Positions 1-9,924 of a DNA stretch of 64,000 nt are shown piece by piece. The stretch's first letter is position 1. Every line of letters begins with the position of its first letter. Source of the DNA: Nitrospirota bacterium (GTDB lineage Bacteria > Nitrospirota > UBA9217); the NCBI GenBank assembly GCA_963818475.1, contig CAWFSF010000005.1:733035-797034 (forward strand). The letters are read 5' to 3'. The notes beneath the pieces were generated by a model. The model ran no database searches and was not told the DNA's origin. It was given only the letters and a program-made list of their open reading frames with translations. A program made the position numbers and the translations under genes.

Positions 1-630
1 GTACCGGGCTACGGCCCGCTGCAGCGCAAAGATGGGCTTGAGCAGATAATGCCCGACAAGCGCATTGAGCAGCATGACGGCAATGATCGTCAGCAGGACC
101 GCAGCGAGGATGTTTTTGAGAACGGTATTGCGAATGGTCTGATTGACCGGCTCGGTCGAGATCCTGAGCCGCACGAAACCGATCAGAATTTCCTTGATCC
201 TGACGTCATGGGTGTCAAGAAATATGGGGTGATAAATATCGATCCAGGGATCTGTCTTGATGAAGTAGTTGGCGGACGGCTGCTGGTTCTTTTTGAAATA
301 TTCCATGGCGTCGGGCGCCGGCGGAACATTCAACTGGTCGATGGGAGCGGAAGCCACGCCGAGCCATACCACGGAAAAGACCTGGGTAAGCAGAACATCG
401 TCCGTATGGACGATATCCGAGACGTTCTTGATAAGGTTCAGATTTTCCGCAGCGAGACTGTCATCCACGGACCGGGCAAGCGCATCGGACAAGGCAATGC
501 CCCGGGCAATGACCTCGCGCTCACCGCTGTTCCGCTGGGCCGCGATAAAGAGGGCTGTACTCACCGCGCTCGCCGCGATCATCACCGCGGTAATGAACAG
601 CGTCACCTTTGTCTTTAAGGACAGGGTCAT
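1..630 (-). CDS. Membrane sensor protein (TM-periplasmic-TM-HAMP), probable histidine kinase or cyclase; runs off the window
   Basis: Read manually: ATG at 630 overlaps the upstream stop (ATGA). MTLSLKTKVTLFITAVMIAASAVSTALFIA..., then a second TM segment followed by HAMP-like LLKPIFALQRAV. Confidence 0.7.
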   Translation of the reverse strand, partial: MTLSLKTKVTLFITAVMIAASAVSTALFIAAQRNSGEREVIARGIALSDALARSVDDSLAAENLNLIKNVSDIVHTDDVLLTQVFSVVWLGVASAPIDQLNVPPAPDAMEYFKKNQQPSANYFIKTDPWIDIYHPIFLDTHDVRIKEILIGFVRLRISTEPVNQTIRNTVLKNILAAVLLTIIAVMLLNALVGHYLLKPIFALQRAVARY

Positions 631-1445
631 TTCATATCCGCGAGTGATGGCAGGCCGTAGGAGGAGATCAGTTTCTGTCCCTTCTTGCTTAGAACAAAAT
701 CAACGAACTTTCGGATCTCGGGTTTGGCGTTCTTTTTTATCACGAGGAACAACGGCCTGCGAAAGGGATACTTGCCCGAGATGATGTTCTCTTTCGTCGG
801 AGCGACGCCATCGACTTTAAGCATTTTCACGTTCCGTTTCCGAGCGCTGCCGAAGCCGGTGCTGGCGAACCCTTCGCGCATCTCCTCCACGATCTGCTCC
901 CAAATGGCGGGAGACGACGCCTGCAGGGTGGAGTTTTTTTGCTGTTGCGGCCGCTGTCCGTTCAGGACCATGGCGCTCAGGGATTCCACGACGCCGCTGG
1001 TTCCCTTCGTAATGACGGAGATGAGGTTCAGATCGGGGCCGCCCAGCTGCTTCCAGTTATTGATCTTTCCCTCGTAAATGCCCCGCACCTGCTGCGGCGT
1101 GATCGAATCGATCGGGTTGGACCTATGCACAATGAAGACCAGAGCGTCCCAGGATGCAGTAATATACTCAAAATCCCCAGGGTCGTCGGCAGCCTTTGAC
1201 TTGCACGAGGCCGCGAAATCCATCCTGCCCTCTTGCAGGTCCACAAGACCCCTGCTGCTGCCCCCGCCAAGAACGATCATCTTGATGCCCGTCTGTTTTT
1301 CGTATTCCCTGGCCAGGTCGGACAGGTATCCCGGAACGCTGACGGAACAGCCGCTCCCGATCAGGGTCCCCTGGGCAACAGCAGGAAGAGGCGAAAGTAG
1401 CAGGCAGACAAGGAACAGCGGCATGCAGAGGTCGTTGATTTTCAT
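627..1445 (-). CDS. PstS-family phosphate-binding periplasmic protein
   Basis: Signal peptide; GGGSSRG, DALVFIVHRSNP, IYEGKINNWKQLGG and YPFRRPL motifs typical of PBP_like_2/PstS. Confidence 0.8.
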   Translation of the reverse strand: MKINDLCMPLFLVCLLLSPLPAVAQGTLIGSGCSVSVPGYLSDLAREYEKQTGIKMIVLGGGSSRGLVDLQEGRMDFAASCKSKAADDPGDFEYITASWDALVFIVHRSNPIDSITPQQVRGIYEGKINNWKQLGGPDLNLISVITKGTSGVVESLSAMVLNGQRPQQQKNSTLQASSPAIWEQIVEEMREGFASTGFGSARKRNVKMLKVDGVAPTKENIISGKYPFRRPLFLVIKKNAKPEIRKFVDFVLSKKGQKLISSYGLPSLADMK

Positions 1446-1646
1446 ATGCCCTCCTCAAAAACCATTTTAATAATATCATATTTAATGTCACACAGGAACC
1501 GATACAGCAGAAACATGGGCAGGATAAACAGGATAAAGTGGAGGCACCTGCAACGAGAAAAACCGGAAGAAGAATATCGTTTTGCTTCGGAGATGGAACA
1601 CGGCTAGAGGCACGGAGAAAGGCGTGGAACAAAGGAAGTGAATAAA

Positions 1647-1723
1647 TGGCGGGGCGGACGGGACTCGAACCCGCGACCTCCTGCGTGACAGGCAGGCGTT
1701 CTAACCGACTGAACTACCACCCC
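1647..1723 (-). tRNA. tRNA-Asp(GTC)
   Basis: Reverse complement GGGGTGGTAGTTCAGTCGGTTAGAACGCCTGCCTGTCACGCAGGAGGTCGCGGGTTCGAGTCCCGTCCGCCCCGCCA; full cloverleaf with encoded CCA. Confidence 0.97.
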
Positions 1724-1788
1724 ATTTATTTGACGAGCGTGCAGCGCGGAGTCACTGTAGAATTCCTGAACTCCGTATTATGTGTTAA

Positions 1789-1864
1789 TGGTAGGCGGAA
1801 CAGGGATCGAACCTGTGACCCCAGCCTTGTAAGGGCTGTGCTCTCCCAGCTGAGCTATCCGCCC
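1789..1864 (-). tRNA. tRNA-Val(TAC)
   Basis: Reverse complement GGGCGGATAGCTCAGCTGGGAGAGCACAGCCCTTACAAGGCTGGGGTCACAGGTTCGATCCCTGTTCCGCCTACCA; TTGACA upstream at 1912-1917. Confidence 0.97.
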
Positions 1865-1963
1865 GGTTCCAACCAGTTGGAGACTGGTAATATCTATTAT
1901 TCCCGCCAAAATGTCAAGCTAAATTTATCCTTTTTCATGGCACGTTCGCGGGAAGATGCGGCT

Positions 1964-2440
1964 TCATTTTTTCAGCCCCGGCGCAACCACGATCAGAATG
2001 ATCCCATCGACAAGAAGGAGAAGGTTGAGCGATGCGCTCAACGCGTGGAGCCGGGCAAACCGTTTTCTCGCCGGAGAATCGGATGATTCCCGCTCAAAGG
2101 ATGCAACGTTTCTTTTAACCCCGACCGTGGTCGGGTGGACCCAGAAAGCAACGAACAGTGCAACCGCCAGCGAGAGCAGGAGCAGCGAAAGTGAGAGCCG
2201 ATAGGCCGGCAACGAGCCGTCCCTTGCTGCCAGCAAAAACAGGAACAGTGCCAGAAGCGTCAGGACCAGCGTGTAAACGAAATAACCGGGAAAGAGCTTC
2301 CCCACGATCTCACCGGCCTGGTCTCGGCCATAGGATTTGAATATGGCCGGAGTGACGATGAAGGTGAAGATCGAAATGCCTCCTACCCAGAGCGCAAGGA
2401 CCAAACTGTATAATGAAAACCAGGGAACTTTCATGTGCAC
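1964..2440 (-). CDS. DUF4149/TMEM205-like membrane protein
   Basis: Four TM helices; WVGG..F..IVTPAIF, AGEIVGKLFP and FARLHALS motifs. Confidence 0.8.
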   Translation of the reverse strand: MHMKVPWFSLYSLVLALWVGGISIFTFIVTPAIFKSYGRDQAGEIVGKLFPGYFVYTLVLTLLALFLFLLAARDGSLPAYRLSLSLLLLSLAVALFVAFWVHPTTVGVKRNVASFERESSDSPARKRFARLHALSASLNLLLLVDGIILIVVAPGLKK

Positions 2441-2508
2441 CTCCTTCCCAAAATAAAACCACAGAGCGCAGTGAGGACGGCTCGACTAATTGTCAGTCCC
2501 TCGAGCAC

Positions 2509-3114
2509 TCACCGCGGTGAATTTGATAAATAGAGATAAACGTTTGCGTCCGCAGATCTGTTCGTTGTATTGTACAGGTACATTTTATAGCGGGAAAAGG
2601 CGATGCGCTGCTGAACCTGTTCGGATTCAAAATAGATCGAATCTCCGCTCTTCGTTTGCGCCTTGCATTCAATGGGAAATTGAACGCGCTTTGCGTCACG
2701 AAGAACGCGCAGGATTGACCCTTCTGCGGGAACGAGAAGGACTCCGATGGTGCCTGAGGAGAAAACCTCGCTTCTCATTTCGCCTTGCAGGCTGATCAAA
2801 AGAGAGGTGAATCCTTCAGTTTCGATGGTCCCGGCATAGACCATTTCAGTCATTTCCGCGCGTTGTGAAGTGGGCACCACCAAACCTTCTTTGGCAATGG
2901 ATTTCGTCGTACCTTCTATCGATACTGAACCCTTGATTTGTTGCAGCTCGGGAAAGTTCTGTACGTGCACATCGCCTCTGATCTGCTGGGTCTCGGGAAA
3001 ATTATTTACGCGCACATCCGAAGGTTGGGAAACCTGCGCTTGAAGGGATCGAGGAGCGACTGCAGGCAAAAGAAAGAACTGAAGGAGCATCACAGAGATC
3101 AATGATTTGTACAT
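2509..3114 (-). CDS. Exported hypothetical protein
   Basis: Signal peptide; duplicated V.NFPE.QQI.G.V motif; GGAGG RBS. Confidence 0.65.
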   Translation of the reverse strand: MYKSLISVMLLQFFLLPAVAPRSLQAQVSQPSDVRVNNFPETQQIRGDVHVQNFPELQQIKGSVSIEGTTKSIAKEGLVVPTSQRAEMTEMVYAGTIETEGFTSLLISLQGEMRSEVFSSGTIGVLLVPAEGSILRVLRDAKRVQFPIECKAQTKSGDSIYFESEQVQQRIAFSRYKMYLYNTTNRSADANVYLYLSNSPR

Positions 3115-3426
3115 TGTGTCCTCCGAAATTAAAAACCCGAGTGCGAATCACAGGTCTATAGTAACTAAAGAATAAAATTCTTCTCAAAATCGCAGGAAAG
3201 TTTACGACGAAGAACACGAAGCGCTAAGTTAAAATCAATATTTTGATATTGCCTTTTTCAACTTTTTAGTGATCTTCGTGCCCTTCGTGGTGAAAAGGCT
3301 TTTTGGCTCCGGCTTGTCCGGGTTAGGTAAAGGCAAAAGATCGGGGTAATTTCATCGAGAAAATACCTTTGCCTGAAACGTGGAGGTGAGGCCGCCCATG
3401 GCTTCAATGAAAAAAAGCGCCGATGA

Positions 3427-3786
3427 TCACTGACTGACCAGCCACTCTTTTGCCAGGTCGGGCGTATCGAACACGACCAGGTTCCGGCCGGAAAACTTAA
3501 TGACCGCGTTGTAGATGATCTGTTTGAGGCCGGTAATGCCCACGACAGCGCCCGCTATTACATAGGGCGTGTTATGTTTCGCAAGTTCCTTCAAGGCCTG
3601 CGTTGACTCCGTGTTGAAGTTCATGTTCGTAACATCGGTCAATGTCCTTATGGATTTTGCCGGCTGTTTCGCGATCACACCCATTGCCGCCTTGCTGGCC
3701 TCGACCACTTCCTCAGGTTTCGCAAAGGTGAAATCGAGATGCAGTATCTGCTTCCCCTTGTGCTGAATGAATTGAACACGTTCCAT
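3427..3786 (-). CDS. Small STAS/SpoIIAA-like protein
   Basis: 119 aa alpha/beta pattern (ILHLDF, TLTDVT, GAVVGITGL, F...AKEWL); AGGAG RBS. Confidence 0.6.
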   Translation of the reverse strand: MERVQFIQHKGKQILHLDFTFAKPEEVVEASKAAMGVIAKQPAKSIRTLTDVTNMNFNTESTQALKELAKHNTPYVIAGAVVGITGLKQIIYNAVIKFSGRNLVVFDTPDLAKEWLVSQ

Positions 3787-3994
3787 AGGTACTCCTTTTC
3801 ATTATGGCATTCCTGTTCCCTGATGCATGATTATACAGACAAGGATAAATAATAACATACCCCGGTCAGGGTATTTTCGGGGGATAGGGATGGAAGGCCG
3901 GGCAGCTCAGTTCCTGGACACCCGCTTGCCTGGCGCATTAAATGATGGGTGATTTCATGCATGATGGTGCGCAAAAATGCCTGGAAACACGACG

Positions 3995-5301
3995 TCACTT
4001 TTCTGACGGCGTCCTTTTCTTCTTCTTTTTAGCGGGACCTGTTTTTTTCTTTGCCGGCGCCGAACGTTCCTTGCTCTGCTCGACCAGGACCGATGACGAT
4101 TGCGCAGTGCTTACCACTGAACTGATAGTCGATGGCAGCACAGGGTGCGTGGTGGTGGCTGTCGAGGTCTCGGTCTCGCGCAGGACCGATGGCGGCGCTG
4201 TTTCCAATGGACGCGTCACCAGGGGCGCTCCGCTCGACGGCAGCGCGGGGACGACCGCGCGGGGCCGCATTAGCGTCCCGTCCGATTGCGTCCAGACGTA
4301 GAGTGCCGTCGCTCCCCCGGCAAGGAGCAGGGCTATTGCCGCTGCGGTAAAATACCTCCTGAAGCGCGCCATCGCCGGAATCTTCGAGGTGATGATCATG
4401 GTTTCCTCTTCCAGCGCCGCTTCGAACACCTTCATGCGCCACGAGGTAGTCCGCGATCCGCGTCAGTGAGGCGGCCTTCGTTGTCCTGCCGGCCAGCCGT
4501 TTTCCCAGTTTTTTCTCGACCTCAAGCATGGAATCGTAGCGCCGCTTCGGCTTCTTCCGGAGGCTCTTCTTGATTAGGCGCTGAATTGACCCGGGGGATG
4601 TCGCTGTTGACCCGGCGGGGGGCGCGGAACTTGTCCTTCAGGATCCTGGCGCTCACCGACCGCTCATCGTCGTCAGCGAAGGGCTTCACGCCGGTCAGCA
4701 TCTCGTACAGGACGATGCCGAAGGAAAAGATGTCGGACCGGGCATCGAGCTGCTGGCCGAGGATCTGTTCGGGCGACATGTACGCGGGGGTCCCGATAAG
4801 CGTGCCGGGCATGGTCAGGGATTCGAGGTTCCTGCTCTGGGCGATGCCGAAGTCCATGAGCTTGACCTCGCCGTTCCGCTTGATCATGATGTTGCTCGGC
4901 TTGATGTCGCGGTGGACGAGCCCGCGCATATGCGCGTAGTCGAGGGCGTGGCATACCTGAATGGCGATCATGATGCCGACATCGACGGGCAGCGCTCCGA
5001 TCTTCTCGATGACATCCGCGAGGTTGGCGCCATCGACGTATTCCATCACGATGCAGTAGGTCGGCTTCTTCCAATAGTCATAGATATGGACGATGTTCTC
5101 GTGCTGGAGAGAGGCGGCCATTTTGCTTTCGCGTTCGAACCGGCGGACGATCTGGCCATCGGCATGGTAGGCCTTCTTCAGTTCCTTGATGGCCACCGAC
5201 CGGTCGAGGGACTTTTGGACAGCCTTGTACACCGTCGCCATGCCGCCTGAACCGAGCTCGCCTTCTATTTTATATTCATCTGATAGCTGTGGTCTTGGCA
5301 T
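3995..5301 (-). CDS. Membrane-anchored Ser/Thr protein kinase (PknB-like), split by two single-base indels (~4590, ~4436)
   Basis: GSGGMATVY, VAIK, HRDIKPSN, DFG, YMSPEQ, SDIFSFG. Continues in a second frame (SIQRLIKKSLRKKPKRRYDSM) and a third frame with a TM helix and Pro/Thr-rich tail. Confidence 0.85.
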
Positions 5302-5476
5302 AAGAAAACCTATAGCACCAAAAGGCGTCTCACGCGGAATCGCGGAGTACGCGGAGAAATAATATCTTTGATTTCTGGTTTTAAATCCATACGCTTAGCC
5401 GTTGAAGTTCTCTGCGATCTCCGCGTCTCCGCGTGAAATATTCTTTCCTGTTTGAGTAGAATTTGACTCCTTAGTA

Positions 5477-6238
5477 CTAAACCTCGGTCACCCATACCAC
5501 CACCGCGGTGATATTGTCCACCCCTCCCCGCTCGTTTGCCGCGGCCAGCAGCTTTTGAACAGCCTCTTGGGGAGAGGATGTCGCGAGGACCCTGCTGATA
5601 TCCGCATCTGCCACCATCTCCGTCAGGCCGTCGGTGCACAGGAGGAACCGATCGTCCTTTTTCAGCGCATGGTTCGTGAGGTCCGCTTTCGCTTCCTCCG
5701 CGATGCCCAGCGCCCGGGTGATCACGTGGCGGTAGGGGCTCGATCGCGCCTGTTCCGGCGTAAAGGTCCCGGCACGGACCTGCTCAGCCACGAAGGAATG
5801 ATCATTCGTCAGCTGGAGAAGCTTCCCTGCCCGGAAAAGATAGGCCCGGCTGTCGCCGATATGGGCAATAAATGCTTGTTTCTCCCTGAGGAGGAGCGCC
5901 GTCAGCGTGGTCCCCATGTTCGCAAGCCCCGGGTCCTGCGACCGTTGCTGATTGATCGCGCGGTTTGCCAGGGAGACCGATTCCCTGAGCGCGGATACTG
6001 ATGGGGTGTCAGTGCGCACGCGTCCCATTGGCGGGGTCCGGTCTTTTTCGCCGAGCAGGTCCGGCATCGCCTTAGCGAGCGTCTCCACGGCGATGCGGCT
6101 CGCGACCTCGCCGCCCTCGTTTCCCCCGATCCCGTCGGCGACCGCGTAGAGGCCCATCGCGTCGTTCAGGAGCAGGGCATCCTCGTTATTGGCCCGCTTC
6201 TTTCCGGGGTCCGTCCCGCCGAAGGCTGTCTTCTTCAT
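5477..6238 (-). CDS. PP2C-family Ser/Thr phosphatase (Stp1/PrpC-like)
   Basis: NEDA, VADGIGG, MGTT, HIGDSRAY, DHS, LCTDGL, GGVDNIT. Confidence 0.93.
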   Translation of the reverse strand: MKKTAFGGTDPGKKRANNEDALLLNDAMGLYAVADGIGGNEGGEVASRIAVETLAKAMPDLLGEKDRTPPMGRVRTDTPSVSALRESVSLANRAINQQRSQDPGLANMGTTLTALLLREKQAFIAHIGDSRAYLFRAGKLLQLTNDHSFVAEQVRAGTFTPEQARSSPYRHVITRALGIAEEAKADLTNHALKKDDRFLLCTDGLTEMVADADISRVLATSSPQEAVQKLLAAANERGGVDNITAVVVWVTEV

Positions 6239-6639
6239 CAGGCGATCTCGTAGGTTCTGTCCCTGCCTGCGTCTTCGAGAATGAACTGGAGGGTGGTGTC
6301 CCCGACGCGGAACTTGTCGCCGTGGCGCAATTTTCTCTGCCGTATGGAGGCCCCCCCCATGTGTGTGCCGTTCGTGCTGTCCAGGTCCTTGAGAAGAAAA
6401 ACGCCTTCATGATACATGATCACTGCGTGTTCCCGGGAAGCGAGGGGGTCCTTGATCCGGACCTGGGCGTTCGCGCCCCTGCCGATCACCGCGTATGCCT
6501 TGGCGATCGGATATTCCATTCCTTCACCATACCCCTGGGTGATCACCACCGAGGCCTGAAACCGCGCGGGTACTTTTTTCGTCGTCGGGGAAGGCTGCAG
6601 GATCTGCGTTCTGTCACTCTTTGGTTGTGGGTCAGTCAT
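6238..6639 (-). CDS. FHA domain protein
   Basis: IGR, SREHA and [11 protein letters not shown] motifs. Confidence 0.9.
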   Translation of the reverse strand: MTDPQPKSDRTQILQPSPTTKKVPARFQASVVITQGYGEGMEYPIAKAYAVIGRGANAQVRIKDPLASREHAVIMYHEGVFLLKDLDSTNGTHMGGASIRQRKLRHGDKFRVGDTTLQFILEDAGRDRTYEIA

Positions 6640-6958
6640 CGGTTCCCTCCGGGGTTGTCATGGGATAGGTGAAATCATAGGATAATACCGGATAAACGTC
6701 AAGTTCAAAGCATGGGGTCCTGGCGTGCTGTCCACGCACAGATTCAACTTAAAAGGGCAAGATTGTTTCTCGCAGAGGCGCAGAGAACGCGGAGAAATTC
6801 AACTGCTAAGCTAAGGTTTTAAAACTGAAATAAAAAAGATACTGCTTTTCTCTGCGCACTCTGCGTCTCCGCGAGAGACGCCTTTTCGCTTCGGCCTTCG
6901 GGTCCGGCTTGCCGGTTTAAGTATTATCATTTCTACCGTCTTATGATACAATCTCGAT

Positions 6959-8305
6959 ATGAAAAAATCAGCCTCAGGGAAAGCTCGCCCGGGGAGCAAG
7001 GCCGACCAGACCCAGGTGTTGTCCGGGCCGAGCCAGAAACCGCTCATCCTCAAGAAGGCGCGGTTCAAAGTGACCAGCGGCAGGGACGCGGGCAAAGAGA
7101 TGGTGCTGCAGAAAACCCATATCTCGATCGGCACGTTCCCGGAGAACGACCTTGTTCTCACCGATGCCACGGTATCGCGAAAACACGCCGTAGTTGAAGA
7201 ACGGCCTGACGGCTACCTGTTGCGGGACCTCGACAGCACGAACGGCACGTTTCTCGACAACGTAAGAATACGCGAAGGATACATCACCCCGGGTTCGGTC
7301 ATTCGCCTTGGCCAGACGGAGATCTCTTTTTCGCCGCTGGAAGAGCGCTTCGAGGTCCTGAAGAGCTCCTCGGAACACTTCGGCGGGCTCATCGGATCTT
7401 CTCCGCTCATGCGGGAGGTCTACGGCTTTCTCGAACGCATCGCGCCCACGGATGTGACCGTCCTGCTCGAAGGCGAGACCGGCACGGGCAAAGAGCTTGC
7501 GGCGCGGGCCATCCATGCCCACAGCCGCAGGGCCAACAGCCCCTTTGTCGTGTTCGACTGCGGTGCTGTGGCGCCGAACCTCATTGAAAGCGAGCTCTTC
7601 GGCCACGAGAAAGGCGCATTCACGGACGCGGTCAAGGCCCGGCAGGGTTCCTTCGAGCTTGCGGACAACGGCACGCTCTTTCTCGACGAGATCGGGGAAC
7701 TCTCCCTCGACCTTCAGCCGAAGCTCCTGCGCGCCCTGGACCAGCGCGAAACCAAGCGGGTGGGCGCCGACAAACCCGTGGCAGTGAATGTCCGCGTCAT
7801 CTCCGCCACGAACAAAGACCTTGAACAGGAGGTCAAAGCCGGACGGTTTCGCGAGGACCTGTACTATCGCCTCTCGGTGGTGCGCGTGAACATGCCTCCC
7901 CTCCGGAAGAGGAAAGAGGACATCGAAACGATCGCCGTGCAGGCGCTCGCGGGTATCTCCGCGGAGATACACAAAAAGATCACCGGCCTCTCCCCCGAGG
8001 CCGCAACAGCGCTCACGGCCTATTCCTGGCCCGGCAACGTGCGGGAACTGAAAAACGTCCTGGGACGGGCAGCCGCCCTCTCCGACAGCGGCAGGATCGA
8101 GCCCAAGGACCTGTTCCTCACCCAGGGAAAGAAAACAAACACGCTTGACGGACTGAGCGGCAAGACGCTCGAAGAGGTCGAAAAAGCCGCCATTTCCGCC
8201 ACGCTTCAGTCCGTGTCGGGCAACAAGACCGAAGCCGCAAAAATGCTCGGCATCGCCTATTCAACGCTGTATGAGAAGATGAAGAAGTACGGCATGCGGG
8301 AGTAG
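6959..8305 (+). CDS. Sigma54-dependent enhancer-binding protein with N-terminal FHA domain (FHA-AAA+-Fis HTH)
   Basis: FHA ([14 protein letters not shown]), [30 protein letters not shown]-terminal HTH. Confidence 0.93.
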   Translation: MKKSASGKARPGSKADQTQVLSGPSQKPLILKKARFKVTSGRDAGKEMVLQKTHISIGTFPENDLVLTDATVSRKHAVVEERPDGYLLRDLDSTNGTFLDNVRIREGYITPGSVIRLGQTEISFSPLEERFEVLKSSSEHFGGLIGSSPLMREVYGFLERIAPTDVTVLLEGETGTGKELAARAIHAHSRRANSPFVVFDCGAVAPNLIESELFGHEKGAFTDAVKARQGSFELADNGTLFLDEIGELSLDLQPKLLRALDQRETKRVGADKPVAVNVRVISATNKDLEQEVKAGRFREDLYYRLSVVRVNMPPLRKRKEDIETIAVQALAGISAEIHKKITGLSPEAATALTAYSWPGNVRELKNVLGRAAALSDSGRIEPKDLFLTQGKKTNTLDGLSGKTLEEVEKAAISATLQSVSGNKTEAAKMLGIAYSTLYEKMKKYGMRE

Positions 8306-8505
8306 ACGCAAAGAAATAAAGATAATAATTAGACCAAAGCTTCGTCTCTCGCAGAGGCGCCAAGGTCGCAAAGAGAAGCAAAGCCTTCGGGTGAAAACCA
8401 AGACTTAGAGATTTCCTTTGCGTCCTTTGCGCCTTTGCGAGAAAACGCTTTGCTTTGTCCCGTCCCGCCCTTAGTCAACTGTATCCGGCAAGACCCGAAC
8501 TTCCC

Positions 8506-9693
8506 CTATCGCATCATCACCAGAACCGCGATCACCGCTGCAAGTACCGTTGCTTCGATCAGCATCCACGGCCATGACCTTCTGAGCACCAGGCGGGGCC
8601 TCACGGTGCCCGCATCGGTCCTGACGATAATATGCGTCTGGTACTCCCGTCCCGGCCTGAGCATGCTGCTCTCCACGCGGAACAGCAGCCGGCTGACCTC
8701 AGGGCCGAACGAGACCGGCTTCGGCCGTATCCAGCGATCGTCACTGGACAGCGTCCCGGTCGTCCCGCTCAGCCCGAGGGCCATCACCGGAACGCTCACC
8801 CAGGAGGTCTTATTCCACCACGGGAGCCTGATCAGCTTTCCCGGTCTGGCGTAAATGATCTTTCCTTTTCCCTTTCCCTGCTCCGGCCGTTTCAGCAAAA
8901 CTTTCTGGATGGCAAGCTTCATCTCGAGAGCGCTCTGAAAACGCTTTTCAATGTCCCGTGCCAGCGCATGTTGGATGAGCGCCGCGGTCTCGCGGCTGAG
9001 GCGGGGGTTCAGGCTCCCGGGTGCCGGAAAGTCCAGCGGGTTCTCCGCGGGGTTTCTGCCCGTAACACAGCGGTGCAGGGTCGCGCCGAGGGAGAAGATG
9101 TCCGAGCGCGCGTCGGTCTGGCCCGTGCCGTATTGCTCGGGCGCGGCATATCCCGGCGTGCCGTACACATAGGTATCTTCCTCCTTGTCCTCCTTGAAGA
9201 ACCGCGCGATGCCGAAATCGATGAGCTTTATCCTGTTGTCGCGGCTGATCATGATGTTTGCGGGCTTGAGGTCCCGGAATACGATCGGCCGCGGCCTCTG
9301 CACGCTTAAGAAATGCATGGCCCTGCAGATCTGGAGCGCCCAGGACAGCGCGAGCCGCTCGTCCACGGGTTTCCCGCGCCGTGCGGAAAGGACCTGTTCG
9401 AGCGTGCTGCCCTTGATGTACTCCATCACGATGTAATGCGCTCCGGTCAGGGAGAAGTAATCATAGACCTTCGGCAGGTTCGGGTGCGTGAGCCGCGCCA
9501 GGATCTGCGCCTCGGTCTGGAACTGGATCAGCGCTTCCCGCGACTTCTCTTCGGACAGCTTGCCGGGCCGGAGCTCCTTGATCGCCAGGACCCTGCCTCC
9601 CTGCTGACGGTCCAGGACCTTGTATACGCATCCCATCCCGCCCTTGCCGAGGACCCCGATGATCTCGTATCGTTTTTTGAGAAGTCGTTTCAT
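8506..9693 (-). CDS. Ser/Thr protein kinase with C-terminal Ig/BACON-like region and membrane anchor
   Basis: GKGGMGCVY, FRDLKPAN, IDFG, GTPGYAAPEQ; terminal TM helix. Confidence 0.9.
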   Translation of the reverse strand: MKRLLKKRYEIIGVLGKGGMGCVYKVLDRQQGGRVLAIKELRPGKLSEEKSREALIQFQTEAQILARLTHPNLPKVYDYFSLTGAHYIVMEYIKGSTLEQVLSARRGKPVDERLALSWALQICRAMHFLSVQRPRPIVFRDLKPANIMISRDNRIKLIDFGIARFFKEDKEEDTYVYGTPGYAAPEQYGTGQTDARSDIFSLGATLHRCVTGRNPAENPLDFPAPGSLNPRLSRETAALIQHALARDIEKRFQSALEMKLAIQKVLLKRPEQGKGKGKIIYARPGKLIRLPWWNKTSWVSVPVMALGLSGTTGTLSSDDRWIRPKPVSFGPEVSRLLFRVESSMLRPGREYQTHIIVRTDAGTVRPRLVLRRSWPWMLIEATVLAAVIAVLVMMR

Positions 9694-9924
9694 ATGCGTG
9701 TGCGGCTATGATCGCAGCCGATCCCCCCTCACCTCGGTCCTCTCCCTCGTCGGGGAGAGGAGCCCCTGACCCGGACAAACCGGAATATGAACCTTTGAAC
9801 CGCGAGGGCGCGAGGGACGCGAAGGAAATCGTGTAGATCCTGTATTAAAGCAAGTCCTCCTGTTTTTGACGTCCTCGCGACCCTCGCGCCTTCGCGGTAA
9901 ATGTTCTTGCCGTTTTGGGTAGAA

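Noticed and set aside
1647-1864. tRNA genes as the integration site of the downstream accessory region
   Set aside because: No integrase, and no duplicated tRNA-Asp/Val 3' end was found in the window; the T-arm at 32605-32621 differs from both.
1646-2086. 146-aa + strand ORF
   Set aside because: It is the antisense shadow of tRNA-Asp and tRNA-Val.
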